A stretch of 64,000 nt of DNA from Macrostomum lignano (Eukaryota). Shown here piece by piece: positions 11,439-63,503 of the stretch (the first letter of the stretch is position 1; every line of letters starts with the position of its first letter). The translations under genes were made by a program, and so were the position numbers. The notes beneath the pieces were generated by a model. It was not told the DNA's origin, searched no databases, and saw only the letters and a program-made list of their open reading frames with translations. Where the stretch lies: contig NIVC01002296.1 in assembly GCA_002269645.1 (NCBI GenBank), positions 1 to 64,000 of the forward strand. The letters are read 5' to 3'.

Positions 11439-13905
11439 TAGTAGAAAGACCATGGGAGTGTATTTCAAAGACACATATTTTTCTTTTGTCTATATCTCTA
11501 AAAATATTCAACCAATTTCCATTAAAATCCAGAACATGGGCTAAAATTTTCTGCTCTATTTGATGAAGCAACTTCGAGAATCATAGAGATATTCAACAAT
11601 TCTCCTTGGGGTGTCTGGTAGCAAAAACCACCAACATTGGCAAAATTTTTCTGCTCACAAAATCTCATCATGAAACCACATTGGTTCAACTATGCATATC
11701 AGTTGTGAGGCCTTTGTTCTCAGCATCTTAGGCCCTAGGGTCCCCTTCATCACCGTCTAAAGCAACAGCGGCGACCATTGGGACTTAAAACAAAAGCACC
11801 CAATTGGCATCTCAGAGACAGCTGCATTCCTAAAACTGAAATGGAAGAATCCTCTTCTGCATGCAGCATTCAGTCAGTAGACATAATTGGTGAATGAAAT
11901 GGACGATGGCAACCTTCTAGGCTGACCTGTAGACATACAGGCAACCTTCTGGACCTTCAACGGAGTGCCACCACGTGGCCCCAACAAGCTGGCACCCCCA
12001 ACATCGTGATTTTTCTATCAAGCACCAAACCAGTCATGTCTGCGTATTATACAATGATCCTGCACCATGTTCAGCATTCAGCTCTGTCTGGACGACCTTC
12101 GGGACCTTTAACAGAGTGCCACCATGCGGCCCTGACAAGCTGAAACTGCCAACATTGTGATTTTTCTATCAAGGCACCAAACCAGGCATGTCTGCCTATT
12201 ATGCAATGCATTTGTGCCATGTTAAATGGGAGAGTTACAGATTTAACTGGCGACTGAAAAATAAAATATTTAATTTGTTAAAAATGATAATATAGCAAAT
12301 TCAGAGCAGAAGGATCTGAACAGGCAGTAGGACACACGTGAGCTCCTCAGAAAACCGGAATTCACTTGTGTGTGGAGCCATGTTTTGAGTTGAATTCTTA
12401 AGATCGGCTTGCAGGCCACCACGAGTGCTCATCACTATTCCAAGAAACGTGAATCCTATTTCTCGGTACAAGTGATTGGCCAGCGCAAGACTCAAGAAGA
12501 ATCTGTCACATGTGATGCTGTACCAGTGTCCTCTGAATGCATCAGTCATAGTGGCAAACAACTTGCCTACCACTCCACACCTCTGAGCCCTTGGCCAGCC
12601 GAGCATCGGAGTCCTGATTCCTGTGATGCAAAAGTAGTGGACATCAGTGTTCCTTTGCCAGTGCAGATTTCTGCATTGAACTCATAGCGGATGTCCATGT
12701 CATCCTGAATCTCTGGATTTCCAGCCGATGTCAGCAGGAACAGCTTGGCACCATTGCGACCATTGGGGGCCAAGCCTGGATCCCGGGGCAGTTTTCGAAA
12801 ACTGCACCGCGGTGTTAAACTTCCTCGGGAAGGCGGGCGCGATCTGATGCCCAGTGCCATGGGCCCTGGCCCGAGCGCGCCCGAATGGAAAAAGAAGAAG
12901 AAGACCTGGCTTCTACTTCAGAAAGACCGTGAAGTCAGTTCACAACCCAGTAGACAACCAGAGTTTCGTCAACGCAGAGGTACAGAATGGCGCAGCTGAC
13001 TGACAAAGGTGTCCCACAGGCGTCGGATGCCATAGAGCTTGTCCGTTGCGGCAGTCCGCTGACGATGTTTGGCAGCTTCGAATTTAACATGGTGCAAAAG
13101 CATTGTATAATACGCAGACATGCCTGGTTTGGTGCCTTGATAGAAAAATCACAATGTTGGCAGTTTCAGCTTGTCAGGGCCGCATGGTGGCACTCTGTTA
13201 AAGGTCCCGAAGGTCGTCCAGACAGAGCTGAATGCTGAACATGGTGCAGGATCATTGTATAATACGCAGACATGACTGGTTTGGTGCTTGATAGAAAAAT
13301 CACGATGTTGGGGGTGCCAGCTTGTTGGGGCCGCGTGGTGGCACTCCGTTGAAGGTCCAGAAGGTCGCCTGTATGTCTACAGGTCAGCCTAGAGGGTCGC
13401 CATCGTCCATTTCATTCACCAATTATGTCTACTGACTGAATGCTGCATGCAGAAGAGGATTCTTCCATTTCAGTTTTAGGAATGCAGCTGTCTCTGAGAT
13501 GCCAATTGGGTGCTTTTGTTGAAAGTCCCAATGGTCGCCGCCGTTGCTTTAGACAGTGATGAAGGGGACCCTGGGGCCTGGGACGCTGAGAACAAAGGCC
13601 TCTACGACAGATGGACCCAGATTATTGAGCCAATATGGATTTACCATAAAGGTTTATGCAGTGTAGTATTGGTTGTCCTTGCCACCAGTGTCTTCGACAA
13701 GAATCGTTGAATATTTCGACGATGCTGACGTCGGATGACTTTGAAAGTTAGTTCGTCGGAAAAGGCGGAAAATTTTGATCCATATGGTGGACTTTTACGA
13801 GAATCGGTAATTTGGTTTGCGAGCTATCGTGAAATGGGTTGTGTGTATTTGTAATACACCCCGTGGTCTTTCCCCATGGGGAAAAATAGCGTGGTCTTTC
13901 TATTG
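11439..13905. mobile_element. Fold-back piggyBac derivative: two ~800-bp inverted arms around a transposase relic
   Basis: Arms 11439-12227 and 13082-13905 are reverse complements. TTAA at 11435-11438 and 13906-13909. Termini read tagtagaaagacca and caatagaaagacca. Confidence 0.7.
12301..13080 (-). pseudogene. piggyBac (PGBD-like, DDD) transposase core, degenerate
   Basis: Minus-strand peptides DKLYGIRRLWDTF, LCVDETL (first catalytic D), RCSFRKL...GAKLFLL...YEFNAEICTGKG and ITCDRFFLSLALANHL (second D), in the order expected for piggyBac, with frameshifts between them. Confidence 0.8.
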
Positions 13906-13914
13906 TTAAGGATA

Positions 13915-14820
13915 TTGTCTCTGGGTTTCTGCTATTTGGAGATGCTGTCTCTGGGTTACTTGTCTTTGGGGATGTTGTCTTTGGGTTTCTGCTATTTGGG
14001 GATGCTGCCTCTGGATTACTTGTCTTTGGGGATGTTGTCTTTGGGTTTCTGCTATTTGGGGATGCTGCCTCTGGATTACTTGTCTTTGGGGATGCTGTTT
14101 CTGGGTTTCTTGTCTTTGGGGATGCTGTCTCTGGGTTACTTGTCTTTGGGGATGTTGTCTTTGGGTTTCTGCTTTTTGGGGATGCTGTCTCTGGGTTACT
14201 TGTCTTTGGGGATGCTGTTTCTGGGTTTCTTGTCTTTGGGGATGCTGTTTCTGGGTTTCTTGTCTTTGGGGATGCTGTCTCTGGGTTACTTGTCTTTGGG
14301 GATGTTGTCTTTGGGTTTCTGCTTTTTGGGGATGCTGTCTCTGGGTTATTTGTCTTTAGGGATGCTGTTTCTGGGTTTCTTGTCTTTGGGGATGCTGTCT
14401 CTGGGTTTCTGTCTGCTATTTGGAGAGGCTGTCTCTGGGATTATCCTATTTCGGAATTGCTGTCTTTGGGTTTCTGCTTTTTGTGGATGCTGTCTCTGTT
14501 TCTGCTTTTTGGGGATGCTGTCTCTGTTTCTGCTTTTTGGGGATGCTGTCTCTGTTTCTGCTTTTTGGGGATGCTGTCTCTGTTTCTGCTTTTTGGGTAT
14601 GCTGTCTCTGTTTCTGCTTTTTGGGGATGCTGTCTCTGCTTCTGCTTTTTGGGGATGCTGTCTCTGTTTCTGCCTTTTGGGGATGCTGTCTCTGTTTCTG
14701 CTTTTTGGGGATGCTGTCTCTGTTTCTGACTATTTGGGGATGCTGTCTTTGGGTTTCTGCTGTTTGGGGATGCTTTTTCTGGGATTCTCCTATTTCGGGA
14801 TGTTGTCTCTGGGTTTCTGA
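13915..14820. repeat. Minisatellite, 30-bp unit drifting to a ~29-bp unit (ttgtctttggggatgctgtctctgggttac)
   Basis: About 30 copies; explains ORFs 13876-14820, 14420-14872 and 14441-14995. Confidence 0.95.
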
Positions 14821-15795
14821 CTCTTTTGCTGTCTTTTTCAAAGGGCCAAAATGGGGGATAGTGTATCCTTAGTTGGACCCACATTGCGCCTCGTTCGTTA
14901 ACATAACATCGCTGCATCTGCTGGCTGCTGCATGGAAGAGTATTTCGTGGCCGCAGTTTGCTAATTATGCCTTTATTATAGACTAGAAGACACATTGATT
15001 ATGTCTCAGTCGCCAGTATTGCATTAATAATGAGGCAGAAGCGTGGGAGAGGGCACATTTTCGGACTGTATTATTAAACTCAGACTGTTATTGAATGTGC
15101 AGCCCTCTAAACTGCATAGAATTTTGTTTACTTATGTCTGGCTGACGAATCGTTAAGCTGTGCATTCCACGGCTTTCCTTCTCAGTTTGCTTTTGCCTTG
15201 TTTTGGCCAGCCGCAAGTCTGACGCAGCGGTCCCGATGCTGGCTGGGTGCCGATTCGCACAGGCTTGAAAGTGATGCAAAACTCAGCGAGCGGAGGCCAC
15301 AAAAGCAGCGTTTGGGGCAGACGGTGCGGGGACGTCTATACGAGACACTTCGTAGACACCTGGAATGGAAACAGAATCGCGCGCACCTTAAATATTTATT
15401 ACATCACAGAAGAGATAATGCAGGGACATTTTAGACACTTGGATTGGAAACAGAAGCTCTCTCACTCGCCCAAATATTTAATATTCGTGCGTAGATAAAT
15501 CTCTGGCTTGTCAATGCGGCCGATGTGTCAGCTAATATTAGTTGAGAGCCGGTGACAGGGGAGCTCAGATGCGTTTTGAATTGCGTAGAAAAACTCGCAA
15601 AATGACCTTATCGAAGTAAAGCAACTATATGAATGAAAGTCACTTTAAAAATTATAATTTGCCGAATTCGCCCTAAAAACGTGATATTGAAGAAAGTTTC
15701 TGCTTATTTTTATTTCTAATCTGCGCCGGTTTGATTGCTAATTAGGAATGTCAAACTGGAATATATATTATTTCAGTTTTTCTGCCTTTCCCCAG

Positions 15796-15925
15796 TCCAC
15801 GCTGTTGTGCACAGAGGTCCCTGGCCAGAGTGTAGGGGCTGCAGCAGTGTGTGGGGCTGAGAGCTACTTAATCAGCAGTCTGTCTGTCTGCCGTGCCCGG
15901 GCCTGCTAAGGGTGACACGGCCAGG
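15796..15925 (+). other. Candidate non-coding 5' UTR exon of the spectrin gene
   Basis: ttctgcctttccccag acceptor and cagg|gtgagt donor. The next acceptor, tttatgttgcag, ends at 16619, 48 nt before the ATG. Confidence 0.4.
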
Positions 15926-16667
15926 GTGAGTGGCTGTAAATGAAAATAAGCTACAAGCCAAGACAGGGGCAGGGAGCGGGGGGGGTTTTGAGTTTATTTT
16001 GAGTCTCTCCGCTTTGCGCGTGGCCTTTGCTAGAGTGGGTGGCGGCGGCAAAAACAGACAATGCGAATGAGGCCACAGGGCTGCGTTGTTTTGTCACTTG
16101 CATTGTCATAAATTATTGCCTTTTTACTATTATTATTTATTTATGGCCATAGCATTTGGGGCTTTCTGTGCAGACTTATCTGATAAGTTAGCGCAGTGTT
16201 AATCTACCGACATTCCCATGCTTAAATCAGTTCCGAAGCAACTGGCTGCTAAAAGTTTTCTCAAGTCAGAAATTGTGCTGCCAGTTCGTTGGCGCTTTTT
16301 GTGTCGCTCAGCAAGTCAAGTTTTTTGTGCGCGAAAGCCGAGTGAATGTGTACTCAGGCCGCGTACATTGTCTAGTGTACATTGGGCATTGACCCTGTGC
16401 GGCTGAGAGCGGGGAGAGAGCTGGCAGCCATCCATTCCTTCCCTTCTGCTTCTCCTTTTAAGACCTCTGGGCCTTGCGCCGCTCTGACTGCTTCGCTCGC
16501 TTGAAGCTTTCAGAAGCAGCAGCTTTCATACTTGTTCCGCTTGATTGCTGCGCAGTTGCTGCTTTCAGGAGAAACTCAAATTCGTGCTATATTAGTTCTT
16601 TTGTGAATTTATGTTGCAGATCGTTGCTTGTGAAAGCAAGTTCTAACAAGCAAAAAGAAATTGAACC

Positions 16668-57110
<40,443 letters not shown>

Positions 57111-57989
57111 CCCCCTCATCACCCGCTGAGCCACAAACTGATTTTATTTCCTGTTTCATTACTGCATAAACTCTGAATGGGGATCAAATGCCGCTATAAG
57201 CCTCTGTGGGACTCGATTCGAAGTTCAAGTTCATTCTTTCGGTTCGAATAGTTCTATTGGGGGGGGGGGGGGTTCTTCACACTCGCTCATCACACTAGCT
57301 CGTTATTTACTGATATTTATTTATTTATTATTAAATATCACATTGTTTTGTTTCCTTAGTTTGATACAAAGATTTCGGGATATCAGCAAGAACTGCCGGC
57401 CATAAGCTACTCTTTATTCAGTAGCTGATGCGCATATTGCAGGAAAAATTTAAATTCAATGAAAATTGAAGGAAATTCGCTCAATCTGCCAACATTCAAG
57501 ACACATCTTGTTGCTATCCAGAATCTTCGCTTTGGCCCATCAGTGCCTTGCTCTGAGGATCAAGTGGACTCGCGTTAACATTAACAAAAACAACTCGCGC
57601 TTGTAACTGCTGCTGGCCTCTGGCCTGCTCACTCCGAACATTTGCGTCTAATAAATTATTAATTGCCTATTTAAAACAAAACTGGCTGATAGCAGTGCCT
57701 GCTTAATTGTTGATTTAATTGGGTCTTACGGGAGGAGCGATCGTTGATCGGTGGCCAATCGGTCTAATTTGTCTACTGATGCATGTAAGTAGAAAGTAGA
57801 GATTTTGACGCGAAAAGCTTGCATGGCGAGTGAAGAAATGTCGTTAATATTAGGTTTTCTGCGTTCACCGTTCACCACCGTTCGTTTCTTGTTTGAGTCT
57901 TCATGACACATGCACAGTTTTAGTAGCAAGCGTCTGCGGTGAGCGTCGAAGAAATGAGAGCTATAAAGCAGAGAATTTTGTTTAAATTT

Positions 57990-58277
57990 AGTCTGGTCAC
58001 TCAGTGACAATTGGTTACTGGTCTGGTCACCCAGTGACAATTGGTTACTGGTCTGGTCACCCAGTGACAATTGGTTACTGGTCTGGTCACTCAGTGACAA
58101 TTGGTTGCTGGTCTGGTCACTCAGTGACAATTGGTTACTGGTCTGGTCACTCAGTGACAATTGGTTGCTGGTCTGGTCACTCAGTGACAATTGGTTACTG
58201 GTCTGGTCACTCAGTGACAATTGGTTGCTGGTCTGGTCACTCAGTGACAATTGGTTACTGGTCTGGTCACTCAGTGA
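57990..58277. repeat. Intergenic minisatellite, 30-bp with internal palindrome gtcact-c-agtgac
   Basis: About 9 copies. Confidence 0.95.
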
Positions 58278-59208
58278 GACGGTATAGTCGGTTTAATGTC
58301 TGATACGCGCACTCAAGCTTCGTCGTGTACCATTTTAAACTCAAAACTTGAAATCCTGTTCCATTCAAATTTACGAGTATATCTGCTCCCTCCACTGTCT
58401 CAAAGGCTGTCTGGATGGTTAATCACGCTTCTCAACTACTGACAGTTATTACTAGTAGTCTACATGTGCATATATAGATGTGAAGCCCCCCATAACTGCA
58501 GGGTAAGGCATGGTGTACTCGTATGTTACTCATACCGGAGCTGCGGCAGAAAAGATCTGCATGCACGTGTACACGAATTTAAACAACTAATTAAATATAA
58601 CAAATATAAAATCGATTCATTTTTGCTATGAATTCAATAGAGGACAGCGAGGTGTTGAACTGTAGTTGTTGATTAAGGAGAATCGATAGAGCAGTTTCAT
58701 AGTAGAGTCCGTATTCTTGGTCTATTCCAGGAATGACACACATCTAACAAATTGCTTTTATGCTTAGATTAGATGTTTGCATGTACATATCACTGAAGCA
58801 TTGGTTTAACACTTCTGATTTTCGTGGAAAACTCAAAGGCGAGTGCGGGGTGAGACAGAAAAGTTGAAAAACAAAATACGCAAATTGAAAACTTCGATAT
58901 GCTCGCAACAGTCTAGGCCAGTTTTTGAAAGTACTGTAAAACATTCGAAACGGGAAAACAGGTCGATGCCTCATCAGAATCAGCGCTAATCACCTACACC
59001 AGCTCCTGCTTACCTAGCTACTTTGTCGAAACTTCAGAGAACATAAGAAAATATTTGAAAATCCATATTTAAGGCAACTGCAGTCACTTCTTTGAGTCCA
59101 AAAAACACTGTCCTTGTTCAACCCCAACTGCTCCTGTACTACAATGAGGCACTCAAATCTCAGAAGTGTGATTTATTGACAATTGAAGTTAGTCGAGCAC
59201 TCGGATAC

Positions 59209-59395
59209 TCAAAAGGCGACACCCTCGCACAGCACACCGACTGTCACACTGTCACACCGACTGACTGTATGGTTGGTACTTGCAGTGACGTTCTCTACCT
59301 CCCCACCGCCATTGTTTGGCTCCCCGCTGGCCCACAGGCTGGCGCTGATGCTGCATGCCGCAGCTCGCCCAGACCCAGCCGAGGATGCGGACGCC
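59209..59395 (-). pseudogene. 5'-truncated duplicate of the C-type lectin gene (CTLD C-terminus only)
   Basis: SISASLWASGEPNNGGGEVENVT...GVLCE matches SLSASLWASGEPSNSGGVENVT...GALCE of the intact gene; downstream flank 58420-59200 is homologous to 60820-61470. Confidence 0.8.
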
Positions 59396-59404
59396 AGCAT
59401 GAGT

Positions 59405-59860
59405 TAATGAGACATCCCTGATCCCACTCCATCGTGTCAGACAGCCAGCCCGCCGGAGACGTGGCCACAGCCAGGAGGAAGGCCCGCGGAAAACAACCGA
59501 TCGATGGCTGCCGTGGAAACCCGCCTGGCAACGGGACGAGATGGAGAACACCGGACCCCCTCCGGAGATGAGCAGAACAATGTATCGCTGACGGGCATGG
59601 ACTGGGAGCTTTGTGAGGGACAGAAGCCAGGGGAAGGGGAGAGCCGCAGACTCAACCAATGCGCTAGCAACCCCACTCCGCCACAACCCCTGCGAGGGCA
59701 GAGCGGATCGCCCTAGCAACTGACTGGTTTTGTGGCGTTTGGGCTTACCCAGCTTCATCAGGGTTGCTAAACCCTTTACCTTTATAATCGCTGTGGCCGG
59801 TCTCCCCCGGGTCGGTCTGGCTGTCAGAAAGGATGGAGTGGCTCAGGACGTGTCTCATTA
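59405..59860 (-). mobile_element. ~455-bp element with ~70-bp imperfect inverted termini and a hammerhead-like motif
   Basis: taatgagacatccctgatcccactccatc...ggccacagc matches the reverse complement of the right end; sits exactly where the lectin duplicate is truncated. Confidence 0.6.
59714..59769 (-). ncRNA. Degenerate type-I hammerhead ribozyme motif
   Basis: Minus strand: uagcaacc CUGAUGA a gcuggg uaag ccca aac gcc...cca GUC a guugcua. Stem I has 7 bp. The GAAA core is incomplete, consistent with a 4-nt deletion. Confidence 0.45.
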
Positions 59861-61477
59861 TTACTTATGTTGGCGCCCGCGTTTAGCTTTGCTCTTTTGC
59901 TTGCTCTGACGCTTTTTTAGTGATCTTTCAGAATCCCAACTCTTTTGTGCAGCTCAGCGAGTTGCCCCCGCCTGCTCCACGGCCCGGATTTCGCCGGATT
60001 TCTTGCGCGGGCGCGCCCAAGAAGCAAGACCGACAGTCAACCCCGAGTTGTGTAGCAACTGGACCTGCGAGCCGACGCGCGCGAAAGAGCGGAAAAAGAC
60101 TCAATGACTGATCTCCTGCAATCGCTCGAACTCAACCAAGGCAAAGCAAAAAACCCCAAATAATCCAGCCTTGCTCTCGTAGCAACAGGCTAGTTTAATG
60201 TGTAAAACCGGAAATGCGTTTCGTGTGATTGTTTGTTGAAACCCCTGAGGCAGGGCGCGAAGATATGAAATATAGATAAAAAGGACAACCTGTTGAAATC
60301 CGCAAATTTTGATCCCTGCGGAGATAAACCTTGTCGATCTTTACTGCAATCACATCATATCCACCTCGCAAAAGTATCACGCGTTTCAACTACTTACAAA
60401 GTTCTCATTACTAGTAGTCTATATGCGTTTGTACATAAAAGCCCAAAACTAAATGTACAGGTTATGTTATGATAGCAAACATAAACATATGCAAGAATAT
60501 TGATAGAATATTGATGCAAGAATGTCTTGCAAGTATGCAATAAAATCAGCAAAACCAATGAGAAACGAATGTGAGGAGTGATAGGGGGGGGGCGCTTGAA
60601 AAGGGGGCGCCGCATGCTTTCCCTCATGAGCATGAGCATGCCTTCATTTAGCAGCTGGGCGTCATTCCTGGGACACAAAGTGGCTCTCTGACAGCCGTCA
60701 ACGTCAGAAAATCTCATAAACCGGCTGGTACTTGTCGCTGAGTGCATAACGGCAAGAGCAGAAAAGCCAAGCGCCAAAAGTTTTAAAAGCAGATAATCTT
60801 CACTGCTATCACATCAAACCCACTTGCGTTTCAACTACTTACAAAATTCTCATTACTAGTAGTCTATACTCGCATGTACATGTAAATTTCATACTACATG
60901 TTTATAAATGTTATGTTAGTAAACATATTCAAGTATAAGCGAAGCCACAGCAGACACACTCTGCATGCATTGTGCACTAATTTAAACATAATTAATGTAT
61001 GATGTGTACAAAAAAGTAATTCTACCGTGAATTTTGTAGATGACAGTGGTTTAGTAATAGGTGTATATTTATTCTCATAAACGGGATCACAATCGATTCG
61101 GCAGTTTGATTTCAGAGAGTCTGTACAGTGTGGGTCTGCTCTGCATTATGAATGAAAAGCAAATTTGCGTTGCTGGCACTGTGAACCATTGGTTTACATT
61201 GGCTAAACAATTGGGATGCCTGGTCGCAATTTTAACTTACAAGTGGAAAAGTTAAGACGAGTGCAAGTGACTCTGCAGGGTGAGACAGAAAAACAGAAAT
61301 ACGCCAATTGAAAACTTCGATCGCAAAGAGGTCAAGGCCGGTTCTTGAAAGTACAGCCAAACATTTGAAACGGAAAAACAGGTCGATGCCTCATCAAAAT
61401 CAGCGCTAATCAGATAGCAACATCAGCTCCTGCTTGCCTGCTGTCTATATTGACATTGAAGTTGGTCGAGCTCTCGG

Positions 61478-62233
61478 TCACTCAAAAGGCGACACGCACT
61501 CGCAGAGAGCACCAACTACCACCCCCGTGTCGGGAAAGTCCGTGATGCCGACTTTTGGTTGGTACCTGACGGTGACGTTCTCTACACCCCCGCTATTGCT
61601 TGGCTCCCCGCTGGCCCACAGGCTGGCGCTGAGGCTGCCGCCGCAGCTCGCCCAGACCCAGCCGCCCGCCGGCTCCGAGCTGCCCGGCAGCTGGAGGCCT
61701 CCCAGCCACATCGAACCACCTGAGCAGGTCTTGTTGTACAGGCTCTCTACGTGCTCCATCTCGGTTGAGTCCATCACGTCAGCCATGATCACCAGGCCCG
61801 GCTCCGACTCGCACAGCAGCCTGCTGGCCGACCAGGATGCGGTGGTGTTGATGGCGCGGTACTTCACTCCGCACAGCTCGTCTCCGTAGCCAGGCGGGCA
61901 CAGCGCGCCCGGCTCGAGGCCCGACTGCCGCTTCACGAACAGGCGGCCTCTCCGGGAGCAGCTGCAGTCCCGCACCGACTTGCTGCACCTGTCGAACATG
62001 AACAGTTGGCACGGACCGTCGGCAGTGGTGAAGGCCTGGCAGCGCTGGCTGTCGCTGCACAGCATGGCGCACTCGCGCTCGGAGCCGGTGCTGTGGGTCT
62101 CAGTGAACTCGCTGCCGATGCACAGGCTGCCGTTCACGCTGTGGAACTGCTGGGCCAGTCCGGCCCGCACCGCCGGCCGCGGCACCGAGCCGGCCAGCAG
62201 AATCAGGAAGGCCAGGAGGTGAGCGGCAGCCAT
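61478..62233 (-). CDS. Secreted PAN/apple + C-type lectin domain protein, intronless, 251 aa
   Basis: Signal peptide MAAAHLLAFLILLAG; PAN-like SERECAMLCSDSQRCQAF...CQL; CTLD SWSASRLLC...MWLGG...WVW...LWASGEPSN...ALCE. The ATG at 62233 is preferred over the ORF-track start. Confidence 0.85.
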   Translation of the reverse strand: MAAAHLLAFLILLAGSVPRPAVRAGLAQQFHSVNGSLCIGSEFTETHSTGSERECAMLCSDSQRCQAFTTADGPCQLFMFDRCSKSVRDCSCSRRGRLFVKRQSGLEPGALCPPGYGDELCGVKYRAINTTASWSASRLLCESEPGLVIMADVMDSTEMEHVESLYNKTCSGGSMWLGGLQLPGSSEPAGGWVWASCGGSLSASLWASGEPSNSGGVENVTVRYQPKVGITDFPDTGVVVGALCECVSPFE

Positions 62234-62416
62234 TCTTGCTGGGAGTTGAGGCTGTGGCGCTTGACTGGATTCGGGCATCTGCAGCTTTCCGGGAGAAGAA
62301 CGGCTGGCTTAATACTCTCGCCCTCATCCGCAGCGGCTTCCTTGATTGGCTGTGTAGACAACGCCTCTTTTTTGTTTGTCATGACGACAGAGACGCGGAA
62401 GAAGCAGCTCTGTACT

Positions 62417-62619
62417 CAGGGACTACTCAAACACCGGGACGGTAAGCTAGGAATTTTTTAAGAGGCTGGTCCTTTAGCAGCAGTAGAAAATAACCCTAGA
62501 CAACAAAGTAACACAGCATCGCTCTAATGAAAATAAGCCAGCCAGCCCCGTCAGCTGCTTAAAAAGACCAGCCTCGTAAAAAATTCCTAGTTTCTGTCCC
62601 GGTGTTTGAGTAGTCCATG
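62417..62619. mobile_element. hAT-type MITE with ~65-bp TIRs and 8-bp TSD
   Basis: cagggactactcaaacaccgggac... / ...gtcccggtgtttgagtagtccatg; flanks tctgtact and tctatact (7/8 match). Confidence 0.75.
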
Positions 62620-63329
62620 TCTATACTGCAGTGTGAAGTCTGGGTTTGCGTGCCGAAAAGGTGGCCTCTGTATGGCTCTGTTTACTCAATATATTTATTA
62701 GTCAATATTGTGGGGTGGGGTGCAGCGATGCGCGATTGGTCGAGAATTGGTAAACAAGTTTAGGCGAGAGAATGAGTCATGAATAATAATGTGGGGCAGA
62801 GAGTGCAGCGCACGGCCTACGCCCTACATGCAGCTCACAGCTTCACTTGCCAATTAATTGGAAGATCGAACGAAGCAGCTTTTCATGCATCTGACGACTG
62901 CGAGCTGTTCTTGACTGCGCCTGCACTCTCGCAGCTCAGCCACTGCTATGCAAAATTAATGAAACAGCTGATGAATGAGCTCAAATGGGGCAAAGCTGCC
63001 AGTAGGCAATTCTCTCAACGCAGTGAAAACTTTTAACGAAAAAAAAACATCTGTTTTAGGCTCTCTTCTAGGAGTATATGGAGTAGTAATTTGCTGCATT
63101 CTTCCTTGTTTAAAACAGGCCGTTTATTCCTTGTATGCGCAGCTAAGGGCCTCCCTGTGTTTGGGCACAGGCCTATGGTTTAATCAAGGAGTCCCAAGGA
63201 CTACTAGAACGAAGTATTCTTAGTGGTCCTTGAGTTTAATTCCGACTTGCATGCAGACGAGGTTTCCCAATTAAAATTTTGTACATGTACATGTTAACTA
63301 ATTGCTTGTTCGTACTCAAACCTTCAGGC

Positions 63330-63503
63330 AAGAGTTGCTCGGATCTTCAGATGAGAGTTGCTCAGATCTTCAGATGAGAGTTGCTCGGATCTTCAGATAA
63401 GAGTTGCTCAGACCATAATTATTTGATGGCCGAGAAGTTGATAATGCAGTAAGAACGACGTTCTAGGCCGAGAAGTTGATAATGCAGTGAGAACGACGTT
63501 CGA
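63330..63503. repeat. Short arrays: 23-bp x3.5 (gagagttgctcggatcttcagat) and 38-bp x2
   Basis: Directly visible tandem copies. Confidence 0.85.

Noticed and set aside
13090-13400. Plus-strand peptides resembling GATA-finger or WW motifs (CWGCQL...GPEGRLYVY)
   Set aside because: The opposite strand carries ordered piggyBac transposase motifs; the resemblance is incidental
13876-14995. Long Leu/Gly/Cys-rich and Lys/Gln-rich ORFs
   Set aside because: Translations of a 30/29-bp minisatellite, open in several frames on both strands
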